In this document: positions 27,597-37,554 of the stretch, in pieces | Layout of the letters: every line of letters starts with the position of its first letter | Position numbering within the stretch: the first letter of the stretch is position 1 | Source of the DNA: a virus | Lineage: Duplodnaviria; Caudoviricetes | Length of the DNA stretch: 64,000 nucleotides | IMG/VR virus record: IMGVR_UViG_3300032330_001742 | Coordinates: 52,065 to 116,064 of that record | Direction: 5' to 3' (one strand) | Notes under the pieces: model-generated | Told to the model about the DNA's origin: nothing | Seen by the model: the letters and a program-made list of their open reading frames with translations, nothing else | Database searches by the model: none | Position numbers and translations under genes: made by a program

Positions 27597-27809
27597 CGTT
27601 ATTTGTTTTTAAATCATGTATCATGCATTTGGCAAAAATATTCAGATTTTAGCAAAAGTGAATTTTGAAAATTTTTTCAGATTTGTCGGTATAATAAATA
27701 CATGGCAATATTAGAAAACTTAGAAAATGCATGGGATGAAGAATTTCATTTTGAATCTAAGCCTATGCCTATTACTGACAATATGGGAAAAGAAAAGTTT
27801 TGGGAAGAT

Positions 27810-28127
27810 TTAGGCAGGCCCTAAACTAGCATACATAATTTTGACAAAACTAGGATCACCTATGAAGTGATCTTGATTATTTCGACGGTATGCTAAGTTA
27901 TAACTTTTATCTACAGAATCTGCTATATACCAATCAATCACTTCTTCATTTACTTCTGATCTAAGGTTTGTTAAAACAATATATTTTTGACCTCTACGTA
28001 ATGCTAAAACTCCAGATATCTCTGGTTTAAAATGATCTGGCAGATCAAGGTTTGAAACCCAAGTGCATTTGTTAAATTTTTTACATTCGGGGGGACAAAA
28101 GGTGCAAACCCTACTTAATGAGTCCAT
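27810..28127 (-). CDS. Hypothetical protein resembling C-terminal part of 10055-10537
   Basis: C..F.C.W....LP..FKP; EVIDW.I. Confidence 0.55.
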   Translation of the reverse strand: MDSLSRVCTFCPPECKKFNKCTWVSNLDLPDHFKPEISGVLALRRGQKYIVLTNLRSEVNEEVIDWYIADSVDKSYNLAYRRNNQDHFIGDPSFVKIMYASLGPA

Positions 28128-28308
28128 TTGAGTTCAATGCATCATATAGCAACTCATTAGCATATACCAATTGAGGCATAGCCTGTTCCAACCATGGCTC
28201 AATATCAACATTTTGCTCTGATGCCATCTTCTTATTCCACTCAACGACTGTTTGAGTCATTAAATTAACTACTTCTTGTTTATCCAATTTAATCTCCATT
28301 ATTGACAC
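28111..28308 (-). CDS. Hypothetical protein
   Basis: 65-aa ORF in operon. Confidence 0.55.
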   Translation of the reverse strand: MSIMEIKLDKQEVVNLMTQTVVEWNKKMASEQNVDIEPWLEQAMPQLVYANELLYDALNSNGLIK

Positions 28309-28982
28309 GGACCATTCATCATGGCTGCTTTTGCTCTTGAATTCATTAATAGTTTAGCATACTTTTCTGAGACATCGTTTGAATGGTCATCTCCATCAAG
28401 CCAATGCTCTTCTTCTAAAGGATTATCATCTAGGCTGCTATGTGTTTGACATAAGATAATATCGTAGTAATCTCCCTCTTGAAAATCATAGTCTGGTCTC
28501 CAATGGGCTTGGTGTGTACCGCTAAACCAAATACCCTTGTTTTTCTCCATAGTAAACTTTTCATCTTCTACATAAAAATCCCAATCAATGTTTGTATCTA
28601 GTTCTACAGTAAACATCAAAGCAACATGTGTTTCAGATCTATCTTGGTGTGGCATCAATGAGGGCATTTCACCGCTTTCAAGCGTATATCTTGCCCATAG
28701 TATGCCTATATGCCCTACAGGAGCATTAGCCTCTTTTTCGAATTTCGAACGAATTTTATTTTCGACTTCTTTGGATAATCCAGGTAGTGGACCTTGGCGA
28801 CGCTCCGAAAGAAAAACGACATTAAAACCATTGTTAGTATTTTTGCGGAAATGTTGCCATTTATCTCCCGAATCCTTAATTCCCATTTCCATGGTGTCGT
28901 TAATGGTCTTATAAATGGATGCGTATTCTTCTGTCGTAAAAAAATTTTTTTCTTCACGTGGGACGGTGGGCTCTATTATCAT
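28299..28982 (-). CDS. 2OG-Fe(II) oxygenase-like protein
   Basis: RY......PSL.PHQD...W...F.G..QAHWRP. Confidence 0.75.
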   Translation of the reverse strand: MIIEPTVPREEKNFFTTEEYASIYKTINDTMEMGIKDSGDKWQHFRKNTNNGFNVVFLSERRQGPLPGLSKEVENKIRSKFEKEANAPVGHIGILWARYTLESGEMPSLMPHQDRSETHVALMFTVELDTNIDWDFYVEDEKFTMEKNKGIWFSGTHQAHWRPDYDFQEGDYYDIILCQTHSSLDDNPLEEEHWLDGDDHSNDVSEKYAKLLMNSRAKAAMMNGPCQ

Positions 28983-29026
28983 AAAATCATTATACCACTA
29001 TGCTATAATTATAAAGAACAAAGGAG

Positions 29027-29305
29027 ATGCCAATGGCATTAGAAAAGATGAGTTTTGTAGAAACCGATTGGTATACAACTCAAAATGAAACAAGTCAAGC
29101 AAGAGACTTTATTTTTAAAGACTTTTGTGACTATATTATCGTAGTAAAGACATTTGCTGATAAATCAGACAATACCGTTCTACAGCGCACAGATGTAATT
29201 CACATCGACTCTAACCACGGTGGAGTTAATCACAAGAAGATCTCAGAACTTGATCCTCCGCTAATTGCTGCGTTGGATGCTGCGAACTTCCCTTATATCA
29301 AGTAA
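29027..29305 (+). CDS. Hypothetical protein
   Basis: Promoter TGCTATAAT and SD AAGGAG. Confidence 0.6.
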   Translation: MPMALEKMSFVETDWYTTQNETSQARDFIFKDFCDYIIVVKTFADKSDNTVLQRTDVIHIDSNHGGVNHKKISELDPPLIAALDAANFPYIK

Positions 29306-29921
29306 AAAATTTACTTACATAGAAGTCCGCTTTTGTTTGCATTGTTGCTCTATGAGCATCATCTAACATTAGCGGATTTTCTGTATCCTCATAAACTTGG
29401 CAGACAATGATGTCGTAATAGTCCGAATTGTCGAATTCTATATCTGGTCGCCAATGTATTTGGTGGCTTCCAGAAAATAAGACTGCTTGATTGTATTTCA
29501 AATCAAATTTATTTCCTTCTATATATAAGTCCCAAGGCTTAGTATGTTTTAACTGAATGCTTAGTGTGAATGAAGCCGATACCATACCAACATCATAGTG
29601 AGGCCTTAGAGAAGGCTTAGAACCCGATTCAAGGGTATATCTTGGCATATGGTTGCCGTCTTCTTTTACGTATATAGGAACCCTTTTTGCTATTTCATTT
29701 AAAATTTTTCTTCTAATATTGTATTCAAAAGGGTAAACACATGTTATGTACCCACAAGATGGATCTGTAAAAACATAATCACTTCCATCTCCATTTTTTT
29801 TACCAGGAGCAAGTTCAAACCTTGTTTTATAAATGCTTTCAATTTCTTCTTCGGTAAAAATATTATCTATTAGAATTGGTTTAAAATTAAAAAATGTATC
29901 TTTATTGTTCTGTATGGTCAT
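29298..29921 (-). CDS. 2OG-Fe(II) oxygenase-like protein
   Basis: PSLRPHYD...QAVLFSGSHQIHWRP. Confidence 0.75.
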   Translation of the reverse strand: MTIQNNKDTFFNFKPILIDNIFTEEEIESIYKTRFELAPGKKNGDGSDYVFTDPSCGYITCVYPFEYNIRRKILNEIAKRVPIYVKEDGNHMPRYTLESGSKPSLRPHYDVGMVSASFTLSIQLKHTKPWDLYIEGNKFDLKYNQAVLFSGSHQIHWRPDIEFDNSDYYDIIVCQVYEDTENPLMLDDAHRATMQTKADFYVSKFFT

Positions 29922-30573
29922 GCCATTGCCTCAAATCCATATCACGGTACATAGAATCTTTTTTGTCAAAATATTCTTGATCTATTGGCCATGCCGTAGT
30001 TCCTACAAAATCAAAATGCAAAACCATTATATCGTAAAAGTCTTCTTTGCTAAATTCTACTATTCTTGGTCTCCAGTGAGGGTATAGATTTGCAGAAAAG
30101 AATAAAGCCTGATTATCTTTTAAACTCCACCGATTTTTCTCTACACCTACATCCCATTCAACAGTAGATTTTAATTTTGATGTTAGCGACATTCTATAAT
30201 TTTCTCCAAATTTTGCCTCATCAAGATGTGGTGGCAATCCTGGAAAAAACCCAGACTCTCTAGAATATCTAGCAAAGTATCCACCTAAATTTTTTATTTC
30301 TTTTCCTAAAATATTAGATATTCTATTTCTTAGATCTTGCAAAAGTATATCGACTGTTGCATCATTACCAACATAGCCTTTGCCATCATGTTTGGGAAGA
30401 GGAAGCCTTTGCATACCATTTTGGTGAATAAAAAAGTATTTGTATTTATCACCTTCGGACTCTCCTAAAGTGGTTGTTTCTTCTACTATTGCATATATAT
30501 CTTTTAGATTTTGTTCAGAAAATAAATCATCATGAATTACTGGAGGAGTATTTAAAAGTTCCTTTGCATTCAT
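29902..30573 (-). CDS. 2OG-Fe(II) oxygenase-like protein
   Basis: LPPHLD...QALFFS...PHWRP; tandem paralogue. Confidence 0.75.
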   Translation of the reverse strand: MNAKELLNTPPVIHDDLFSEQNLKDIYAIVEETTTLGESEGDKYKYFFIHQNGMQRLPLPKHDGKGYVGNDATVDILLQDLRNRISNILGKEIKNLGGYFARYSRESGFFPGLPPHLDEAKFGENYRMSLTSKLKSTVEWDVGVEKNRWSLKDNQALFFSANLYPHWRPRIVEFSKEDFYDIMVLHFDFVGTTAWPIDQEYFDKKDSMYRDMDLRQWHDHTEQ

Positions 30574-30576
30574 TTT

Positions 30577-30777
30577 TTACCACTTTCCTATTGGGCATTT
30601 TGCTTGTTTCAGTGTAGATTTTAATTTCATAAAGCATCCACATTTTTTACATTTAATAAGTCTTTTATTAAACCATCCACAATCATTACAAATTGCTAAG
30701 CGAGATTCAATTAGTTCCTTGTCACTTCTTGGTTGACTTGGATCAAATAAATCGGTAAACTTAACATCTTCTGCCAT
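30577..30777 (-). CDS. Small six-Cys protein
   Basis: R..IC..C...C..CGCFM..K......CP.GKW. Confidence 0.75.
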   Translation of the reverse strand: MAEDVKFTDLFDPSQPRSDKELIESRLAICNDCGWFNKRLIKCKKCGCFMKLKSTLKQAKCPIGKW

Positions 30778-30824
30778 ATTTATATAATACCATATTTTAA
30801 ATAATCTAGTTATAATATATCATT

Positions 30825-31079
30825 ATGACACCTGCAGACTGGGCTGGACTTATTGTTAGCGTAACTACTATAGTTGCATCTATTGCATATGGTATTAAGT
30901 GGTTAACAAAACACTATTTGCAAGAATTAAAACCCAATGGTGGTTCAAGTTTAAAAGACTCAGTTAGACGCCTAGAGGAAAAAATATTAGAAGCAGATGA
31001 GCAGCGTTGCCGCATGGATCAAAAATTAGATAAGATGTATGATGTTTTGCTAGAGCATATTGCTTCAAATAATAAATAA
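30825..31079 (+). CDS. Membrane protein with PNGGSS motif (actinophage-type, possibly lysis-associated)
   Basis: N-terminal TM, ELKPNGGSSLKD, coiled coil. Confidence 0.65.
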   Translation: MTPADWAGLIVSVTTIVASIAYGIKWLTKHYLQELKPNGGSSLKDSVRRLEEKILEADEQRCRMDQKLDKMYDVLLEHIASNNK

Positions 31080-31080
31080 A

Positions 31081-31767
31081 TCAATACTGTAGATGGTTGT
31101 TTGGCAATTCATCTACGTGATATTGATGATCTCTATTAAAGAAATATTGAGTAGAATATCTAGATCCACTTTTTACTGGTTCAATGTTATGGTATATGTG
31201 TGAAGGGAAAACAACCATATCTCCAGCAACTGGCTTATACACATATGGTGGCTTTAATACATAAGGATTATTTAGATCTTGTTCTGACATCTCATTTTCT
31301 TGTTCTAGAGTTGGATCAATAAAATTCAACTCCCCACCTTCAAAATCATCATTCCAATAGAATACACACGACATAGTGATAGCAGTCATTCCGCCTTCTA
31401 GTCCAAAGTGTTTGGTATATGTTCCAGTTGGAATATCTCTATGTGTTCCCAACCACATGCCCTCAATTCTTTTATCGACAGTTAGCATTTCTTGTCCATA
31501 TGTTTCTAGATAGTTTGGTTTTTCTAATTTGATGTCATCTTTTTCTAGTTCAAAGTCTCTAGTGATTTTTGGAAGTATTGTGTTATGAGCCATCAAAACT
31601 GCTTTTGCTACTGGCACAGGCAAAAACTCTCTTAGTTGCAAAACTGGAGTATCAGTACAAACACTTTGTGTTAAAATTTCATTTGGGTAAAGTTCAAACA
31701 TTTCCATAGATCTTTTTATGATAGACTGATCTATTGTGTTCTTATAAATTCTAACTTGGTTTTTCAT
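31081..31767 (-). CDS. 2OG-Fe(II) oxygenase (P4H-like)
   Basis: HRD...YWNDDFEGGE...H.IEPV.SG.RY. Confidence 0.85.
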   Translation of the reverse strand: MKNQVRIYKNTIDQSIIKRSMEMFELYPNEILTQSVCTDTPVLQLREFLPVPVAKAVLMAHNTILPKITRDFELEKDDIKLEKPNYLETYGQEMLTVDKRIEGMWLGTHRDIPTGTYTKHFGLEGGMTAITMSCVFYWNDDFEGGELNFIDPTLEQENEMSEQDLNNPYVLKPPYVYKPVAGDMVVFPSHIYHNIEPVKSGSRYSTQYFFNRDHQYHVDELPNNHLQY

Positions 31768-31972
31768 ATTTTGATTATACCATATTTACTATATATAATA
31801 TATATTATATAAACCCTTTAGAGATAGTTCTTTTTCTTATATATATTAAAGTATACACTATTGATAACTGTGACAAATATATCTATAACCTGACAAAATG
31901 GACATTATGAATTGTAACAATTTGGTAAACTTTTATATCAATGTCCAAATAGTCCTGATATGATATACTTTT

Positions 31973-32022
31973 AAAGTACCTAGGATAGTCTCATCATACC
32001 CACCTATCCTAGGTATTTTTTT
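31973..32022 (+). terminator. 12-bp perfect hairpin with T tract (terminator or tiny RNA)
   Basis: TACCTAGGATAG/CTATCCTAGGTA then TTTTTTT; TGATATACT immediately upstream. Confidence 0.65.
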
Positions 32023-32047
32023 GTAATTTAATGGTATAATCAATGTT

Positions 32048-32425
32048 ATGACTATGTGTGGACCTGAAATTTTTGGTGCTAACCCAGTAAAAATTAAATG
32101 GAATGTTGTTAGAGGAGACTCTGCGTCCTTGAGAGTAGAGTTTTTAGAAAATGATGAACAGACTCGTTTTTCTACATCTGGATGGACATATAAAGCAAGT
32201 GCGTATGATCCAAAAGGTGACACAATTGATGAATTAGAAGTTGTCTCACATAATGGATATATTGATATAAAAGCAACTCCAGAAATTACTCAGTATTGGG
32301 GTACTGGATATACAACACAGGTAGCAGAACTAACCTTTGATCTTGAAGTAACAATTGACGAAGTAACTTGGACACCAGTAATTGGAACTGTTCTTGTTTA
32401 TGGTGATATTTCGGGGTCACTATAA
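32048..32425 (+). CDS. Putative virion structural protein (baseplate/adaptor-like)
   Basis: W.VVRGD motif shared with 40909 and (YYKGD) 33258. Confidence 0.6.
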   Translation: MTMCGPEIFGANPVKIKWNVVRGDSASLRVEFLENDEQTRFSTSGWTYKASAYDPKGDTIDELEVVSHNGYIDIKATPEITQYWGTGYTTQVAELTFDLEVTIDEVTWTPVIGTVLVYGDISGSL

Positions 32426-32520
32426 TGGCAGTAGTAAGAGTTACAACACCTAGGCCAGAATTACCACCAGTAATAAAAATTGAAAACAAAACTTATAAAA
32501 TAAATAAGTAGAGGAGAATT

Positions 32521-33240
32521 ATGGTTTCTAAAAGTGTAGATTTTCCTAAAAGTGCATATGCTTCTCAGGTTCTTCAACAACAAACGCCATCTACAGATGT
32601 AGCAACATACATACCAGTACCTGGGCCAGAAGGACCAAGAGGTTTACAAGGGCCAAAGGGGGAGCCAGGAAAAGATGGTGCTCCAGGAAAAGATGGAGAA
32701 CGTGGACCAAAAGGGGATAAAGGGTTTAAAGGTGATCCAGGACAAAGTTCATTATCTTCTTCTGGACAACAAGCAGGTTGGGCTTCTTATACAAATTTAA
32801 ATTCACCAGAAGCAAGGCTTGGTATTTCTAAAGGTGATGATGGATGGGTATCACTTGAACTTGCAGAAAAGGGATCAGTTAAAAATGAAACATTTATGCC
32901 AAGTTCTTCATTTGGAACAAGCCTATACAATTTTAACTCAAAATCTTTAACATTTAAACCATTAGAGATTGGCTCGATTGTAAATGTTACATATAATTTT
33001 GAATTAACCACATATACAAATAATACAGAAGTTTGGTTTAGAACAAATTTCCCACTAGCAAAATCTTCAGCATCTAAACTTGTTGGGTCTTTTAAGTATC
33101 AATACGTTTATGATATTTCTGTAGATCAACAGTTCTTTATTGAAAATCAAGGTATTTGGGGGTCTGGAGGAGTACCACAAATAAGAACAGATTTTGATGC
33201 AATAGCAATTTTAAAAAGCATATATGTTTCTGTTGTCTGA
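32521..33240 (+). CDS. Collagen-like Gly-X-Y repeat tail protein
   Basis: About 14 Gly-X-Y triplets then a beta-rich domain. Confidence 0.8.
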   Translation: MVSKSVDFPKSAYASQVLQQQTPSTDVATYIPVPGPEGPRGLQGPKGEPGKDGAPGKDGERGPKGDKGFKGDPGQSSLSSSGQQAGWASYTNLNSPEARLGISKGDDGWVSLELAEKGSVKNETFMPSSSFGTSLYNFNSKSLTFKPLEIGSIVNVTYNFELTTYTNNTEVWFRTNFPLAKSSASKLVGSFKYQYVYDISVDQQFFIENQGIWGSGGVPQIRTDFDAIAILKSIYVSVV

Positions 33241-33257
33241 CGTGGTATAATAATTCT

Positions 33258-33692
33258 ATGGCATTTCCAGCAACTTATAACTTTTCTTACTATAAAGGTG
33301 ATACCTTAGAGTTTAACATCTACCCTAAAAAGGCAGACGGAACAGTTTTTGATTTATCTCCATTTTTGCCATCCTATGATAATGATAATAATCAATCAAC
33401 GCCAAATATCGTTTATGATACCTCAAAGTTTGTTTTTTCTTTATCTAGGGGCTCTTCTGGCACTTCCTCTCAAGTAACTTGTTTTTCAAAAATATCTAAT
33501 GATGCAACACACATACTGTGTGCAATTAGGCCAGCAGACTCAGTTTCAATGGTTGCAGGAACACAGTATGTTTATGATGTTCAAGTTTCTACAAATACCT
33601 CTTCTAATGGCTATCCAATTGTCCATACACTTTTGACAGGGGTAATAACAGTAACTGATCAAGTGGCAACAGGATATGGAACTCCAAACTAA
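33258..33692 (+). CDS. Putative virion structural protein
   Basis: YYKGDT...YVYDVQV...LLTG.ITV. Confidence 0.6.
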   Translation: MAFPATYNFSYYKGDTLEFNIYPKKADGTVFDLSPFLPSYDNDNNQSTPNIVYDTSKFVFSLSRGSSGTSSQVTCFSKISNDATHILCAIRPADSVSMVAGTQYVYDVQVSTNTSSNGYPIVHTLLTGVITVTDQVATGYGTPN

Positions 33693-34282
33693 TGGTAGAT
33701 GTAATACTTTCCAATGAAGATTTAAGTATTTTGGGTGGTCCAGAAACAGTAAATGTTGAAGTTGATTTTGGTGCAACTGGATCACGAGGAAGCAGAATAT
33801 TTGTTAATTATGGCCAACCAGTAGTAGGGATTGATGGTCTTACATCACTAGCCCCAGACTGCAATCTATTTGACCTCTATATAAATATTCAAAGTACAGA
33901 TGATGAATATCAGTTTGTTTATCAATATCAAAATGTTCTTGGCACATTAACTTGGGTTAAACTTTTTAAACTAGTATCAACTATTCATAGCAAAAATTAT
34001 TCAGATACTTCTTTTGTATCTGGAACATGGACAAAAAATATTCCAGTAATAGATGTTTTGCCTTTAGATTTTGTTGGAACAGCAGAATCTGCCAACTTTA
34101 ATATTCAATATACTATACTAGGTGAAAATCCAATTGCTTCATCTTTATCTATAGCAGAAATATCAACATCTAGCGGAGCACTGGTATTGCCTTTAACTAT
34201 CAAAGCAAAAGAGTTTGTTGATGGGGCCTGGTCTAGTTTGTCTGGTACAAAAACAGTACAACTCTTTATTACTATGGTATAA
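33692..34282 (+). CDS. Putative virion structural protein
   Basis: G..G.RGS motif, structural context. Confidence 0.55.
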   Translation: MVDVILSNEDLSILGGPETVNVEVDFGATGSRGSRIFVNYGQPVVGIDGLTSLAPDCNLFDLYINIQSTDDEYQFVYQYQNVLGTLTWVKLFKLVSTIHSKNYSDTSFVSGTWTKNIPVIDVLPLDFVGTAESANFNIQYTILGENPIASSLSIAEISTSSGALVLPLTIKAKEFVDGAWSSLSGTKTVQLFITMV

Positions 34283-34290
34283 TCTTATGT

Positions 34291-34716
34291 ATGGCTACAG
34301 AAAATATAGGCTCTTTATACCCAACTAAAATCCCTGGATTTGATGAACCAGCCGATATTCAGGCAGCCCTTAAACTTTATCATTATGGAACAACAGAAAC
34401 AGTTTCTACAACAAATGACATTGTTGCTAATTCAGTAACTGGACATTTTAAGGCATTGGATGAAAGAGTTTCTGATCTTGAGTCTGATGGAATTGGATCT
34501 TCTATTTTATCTTCACAGCCAACAGGCGTACACGATGGTTATATTTGGATTGATTCTACAAGTTCTGGAACAAGTCAGGTTCAATATGCACAAGCATCTT
34601 ATCAGACCTCAGAACCAACAACTCCAACAATGGGAGCACTTTGGGTTGATTCAGATAGTACACCATTAACACTTTATGTTTGGTCTGGATCTGCATGGAG
34701 AGAGATTGGTGCATAA
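34291..34716 (+). CDS. Putative tail fibre-associated protein
   Basis: ADIQAALK; P...G.LWVD...LYVW.G..W fibre motif. Confidence 0.6.
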   Translation: MATENIGSLYPTKIPGFDEPADIQAALKLYHYGTTETVSTTNDIVANSVTGHFKALDERVSDLESDGIGSSILSSQPTGVHDGYIWIDSTSSGTSQVQYAQASYQTSEPTTPTMGALWVDSDSTPLTLYVWSGSAWREIGA

Positions 34717-34841
34717 TGGCTAAAGAAAAAACAACAGAAGAACAACTTCGTGAAAGCGGTATAGCAAAATTAATTTCTGCTACACAAATCACAGAAGCAG
34801 AGTTAAGAGCACTGGGGTTGACATCAAATGGCAGCAATTGA
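34716..34841 (+). CDS. Small tail-associated protein
   Basis: TAATG coupling; SGIAKL...TEAELRALG. Confidence 0.45.
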   Translation: MAKEKTTEEQLRESGIAKLISATQITEAELRALGLTSNGSN

Positions 34842-35457
34842 TAATAGCGGAAAAGTAGCATACATTTATAGTCAAGCAGATAATAAATGGTATTCAATTG
34901 CTGGAACAGTTAATCCAAATGCATCTTATACTTGGACAGCAAACCAACAGTTTTCAGCACCAGTAAATTTTGATATGGTAATTAATGCAAAAGCAGGCGT
35001 AAATAATTTTGCTAATCCAACAGCAAGAGATGCAGCACTTACATCTCCTACAAATGGTTTGGTTTGTTTTGTTAGACAAACAAACGCTGGATCAGTAATA
35101 AATCAAATTCAATATTACCACAATGGTGAGTGGAGATGGATAGGAGATTCAGCAGATCTCTCTTTAAAGACATCTAGTTTTACAATTACAAAAGATGATG
35201 CTGGGAAAACATTAAATGTTAGTTCTTCTTCAGACGTTGTAGTAACAATACCAGCAAATAGCACAACACCTTTTATTAATGGACAAAAAGTTGAAATTGT
35301 AAGAACTGGAACAGGTAATGTTTCCATTGAGGGCGCAGTTGGAGTTACAATAAATAGTAAGAATTCAAATAAGAAAATTTCTTCACAATATGTTGGTTGT
35401 GTATTAGTTAAAATAGATACAAATACCTGGTTGCTAATTGGCGATCTGACGGCGTAG
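34828..35457 (+). CDS. Tail fibre-like protein
   Basis: C-terminal domain (VTIP.N...Q.GTG.V...W.L.GDL) shared with 45120-46805. Confidence 0.7.
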   Translation: MAAIDNSGKVAYIYSQADNKWYSIAGTVNPNASYTWTANQQFSAPVNFDMVINAKAGVNNFANPTARDAALTSPTNGLVCFVRQTNAGSVINQIQYYHNGEWRWIGDSADLSLKTSSFTITKDDAGKTLNVSSSSDVVVTIPANSTTPFINGQKVEIVRTGTGNVSIEGAVGVTINSKNSNKKISSQYVGCVLVKIDTNTWLLIGDLTA

Positions 35458-35464
35458 GTAGAAG

Positions 35465-36976
35465 ATGCTAAATTTATTTCAATGGGCATCAAAAGGAATG
35501 GTAGCAGTACCAAATCTATCGACATTGACAATTACTCAAGCACAAACACTACTTACTTCTTTAGGTCTTGGTTTTATAAACTCTGGTTCTTCATCAACAT
35601 ATAATATTAATTTAGATACAACTATTGCAACACAATCAATTTCTGCAAACACCCTTGTTGATTATGGAACAAATATTAGTTTTACTTATTATGCATACGT
35701 AACTCCAGTTCCTACCCCAACTCCTACCCCTACACCTACACCAACGCCTACACCAACGCCTACACCAACGCCTACACCAACGCCTACACCAACCCCAACC
35801 CCTACACCAACTCCAACACCTACACCAAATGGTGTTGAATATTACATAGGAACATCTGCTTGTGCTGGAACAAGTGGGCTTTATTACAGTAGCCCATCAG
35901 TTTCTGGCCCATATTATTCCTCATCAATTCCATCAGATACAAGTTCTTATTCTAATGCAGTTGTAACAAAAACAGTTTATAGATCAACATCTGCAGCAGC
36001 ATTAGAGGCAGCAAAAAATGTTGCATGTGAAAATGTAACGCCTACTCCTACCCCAACTCCTACACCTACACCTACCCCAACACCTACCCCAACACCTACC
36101 CCAACCCCTACCCCAACCCCTACACCTTCACTTCCAACATGTCCAGGAACTCAAACAAAAGCAACATCTTATACATGTAATGAATTAGGTTTGGTATATC
36201 TTGGAGGACCATCGGACTATCAGGTTGGTGTTGGATATCAATGTTGTGGTGGCGCAATTCCTACCCCAACTCCAACGCCTACCCCTACACCTACACCAAC
36301 GCCTACACCAACTCCTACACCAACACCTACACCAACTCCTACACCAACACCTACCCCAACACCTACCCCAACACCTACACCATATTCATTTACAACAACA
36401 GTATATGGAATTAGATGTATTTCTGGTGACACATTTATTAGAGTTTTGCCAGGGGATGGAACTATAAATGTAGATGAAAATAATGGTGTTATTACACTAA
36501 AGGACAAAGATGGTAACACCGTTGCAAAACAGGCTAAAGATATAGTTATTGGTGATGAAATCATGACCACATCTTATTCTGAAATTGATCAAAACTCTCC
36601 AGATTACGAAATGTTCAATTGGAGTTCTGATTCTTTGACCTTTATAGAAAATGCTAAAACAACAATTGTTGATATTCAAGAAGATAATAAGAATCAGATT
36701 GCATACTTTAATAATGATCAATCAGCAAAATTTACACTAGAGCATCCAATTTTAGTTAATAGAAAAATTAATAACATTGATGATTGGAAATTCTTGATGG
36801 TTGCAGAAATTGAAGTAGGAGATATAATTGTTAAGTACGATTCAGAACTGGGAGTTTATAATAATGTGGTCATTGAATCAATTGACTTAATTCCATATGC
36901 AGAAACAGTTTATACATTTAGTGCTGAGCCAGTAGATTTAATTATTGCTGGAGATATCATTACTCACAATAAGTAG
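35465..36976 (+). CDS. PASTA-like + Pro-Thr repeat + C-terminal Hint domain protein
   Basis: VPNL...A...L...GL N-terminus; three (PT)n tracts; Hint from C318 (CISGDT) with FT.EHPIL and terminal HN. Confidence 0.85.
   Translation: MLNLFQWASKGMVAVPNLSTLTITQAQTLLTSLGLGFINSGSSSTYNINLDTTIATQSISANTLVDYGTNISFTYYAYVTPVPTPTPTPTPTPTPTPTPTPTPTPTPTPTPTPTPTPTPTPNGVEYYIGTSACAGTSGLYYSSPSVSGPYYSSSIPSDTSSYSNAVVTKTVYRSTSAAALEAAKNVACENVTPTPTPTPTPTPTPTPTPTPTPTPTPTPTPSLPTCPGTQTKATSYTCNELGLVYLGGPSDYQVGVGYQCCGGAIPTPTPTPTPTPTPTPTPTPTPTPTPTPTPTPTPTPTPTPTPYSFTTTVYGIRCISGDTFIRVLPGDGTINVDENNGVITLKDKDGNTVAKQAKDIVIGDEIMTTSYSEIDQNSPDYEMFNWSSDSLTFIENAKTTIVDIQEDNKNQIAYFNNDQSAKFTLEHPILVNRKINNIDDWKFLMVAEIEVGDIIVKYDSELGVYNNVVIESIDLIPYAETVYTFSAEPVDLIIAGDIITHNK
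35701..36382 (+). repeat. Three coding (Pro-Thr)n tracts
   Basis: CCN-ACN hexamer repeats at about 35701-35828, 36035-36127, 36260-36382 with synonymous variation. Confidence 0.9.
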
Positions 36977-36981
36977 CGCAA

Positions 36982-37554
36982 ATGATTAAAGATCCTTATT
37001 TGATTCAAAATGTTTTATCTGACCAAGATTTATCAACACTATCTGACTACGCTTTCAAACTTTGGGAAACTGATAAAAGTACATACAATGAAGGTTTTGG
37101 TAGGCACCAATGGGCAATATGGGGAAATGATTTACCAGAAAAACTTCTTCCATTAAAATACATTCATACTAAATTGACAAAATTAGCAAAAAAAGAATTT
37201 GATTCAGAAACGCTTAAGCCTTCTTGGTGCCTGCTAAGTATTTATGAGGGTAAAGAGGCAAAACTTTGGAAGCATAAAGATGATAATGCTTGTACATATC
37301 ATATAAATTTAACTTTAATTTCTAAAACCCCTTGGGATTTTTATGTAGAAGGAGAAAAATTTACACCAGTCCCAAATGAAGCAGTTATTTCTTATGGAAA
37401 TGATCAAGAACACTGGAGAGAACAATTTCCAGATCCAGAAAATAATTTAGTTTGCAATGCATTCTTTTTTTATTGTGAGCCAGAGCATTGGTATTTTACA
37501 AAAGGACCTTCTTATTTATATACAGACATAAGAAAAGAAAAAACAAATGGATAA
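36982..37554 (+). CDS. 2OG-Fe(II) oxygenase
   Basis: L.KHKDDNACTY...W...G..QEHWR. Confidence 0.8.
   Translation: MIKDPYLIQNVLSDQDLSTLSDYAFKLWETDKSTYNEGFGRHQWAIWGNDLPEKLLPLKYIHTKLTKLAKKEFDSETLKPSWCLLSIYEGKEAKLWKHKDDNACTYHINLTLISKTPWDFYVEGEKFTPVPNEAVISYGNDQEHWREQFPDPENNLVCNAFFFYCEPEHWYFTKGPSYLYTDIRKEKTNG

Noticed and set aside
35701-36382. Possible CRISPR array or DNA-level satellite
   Set aside because: No spacers; third-position variation shows selection on Pro-Thr protein sequence
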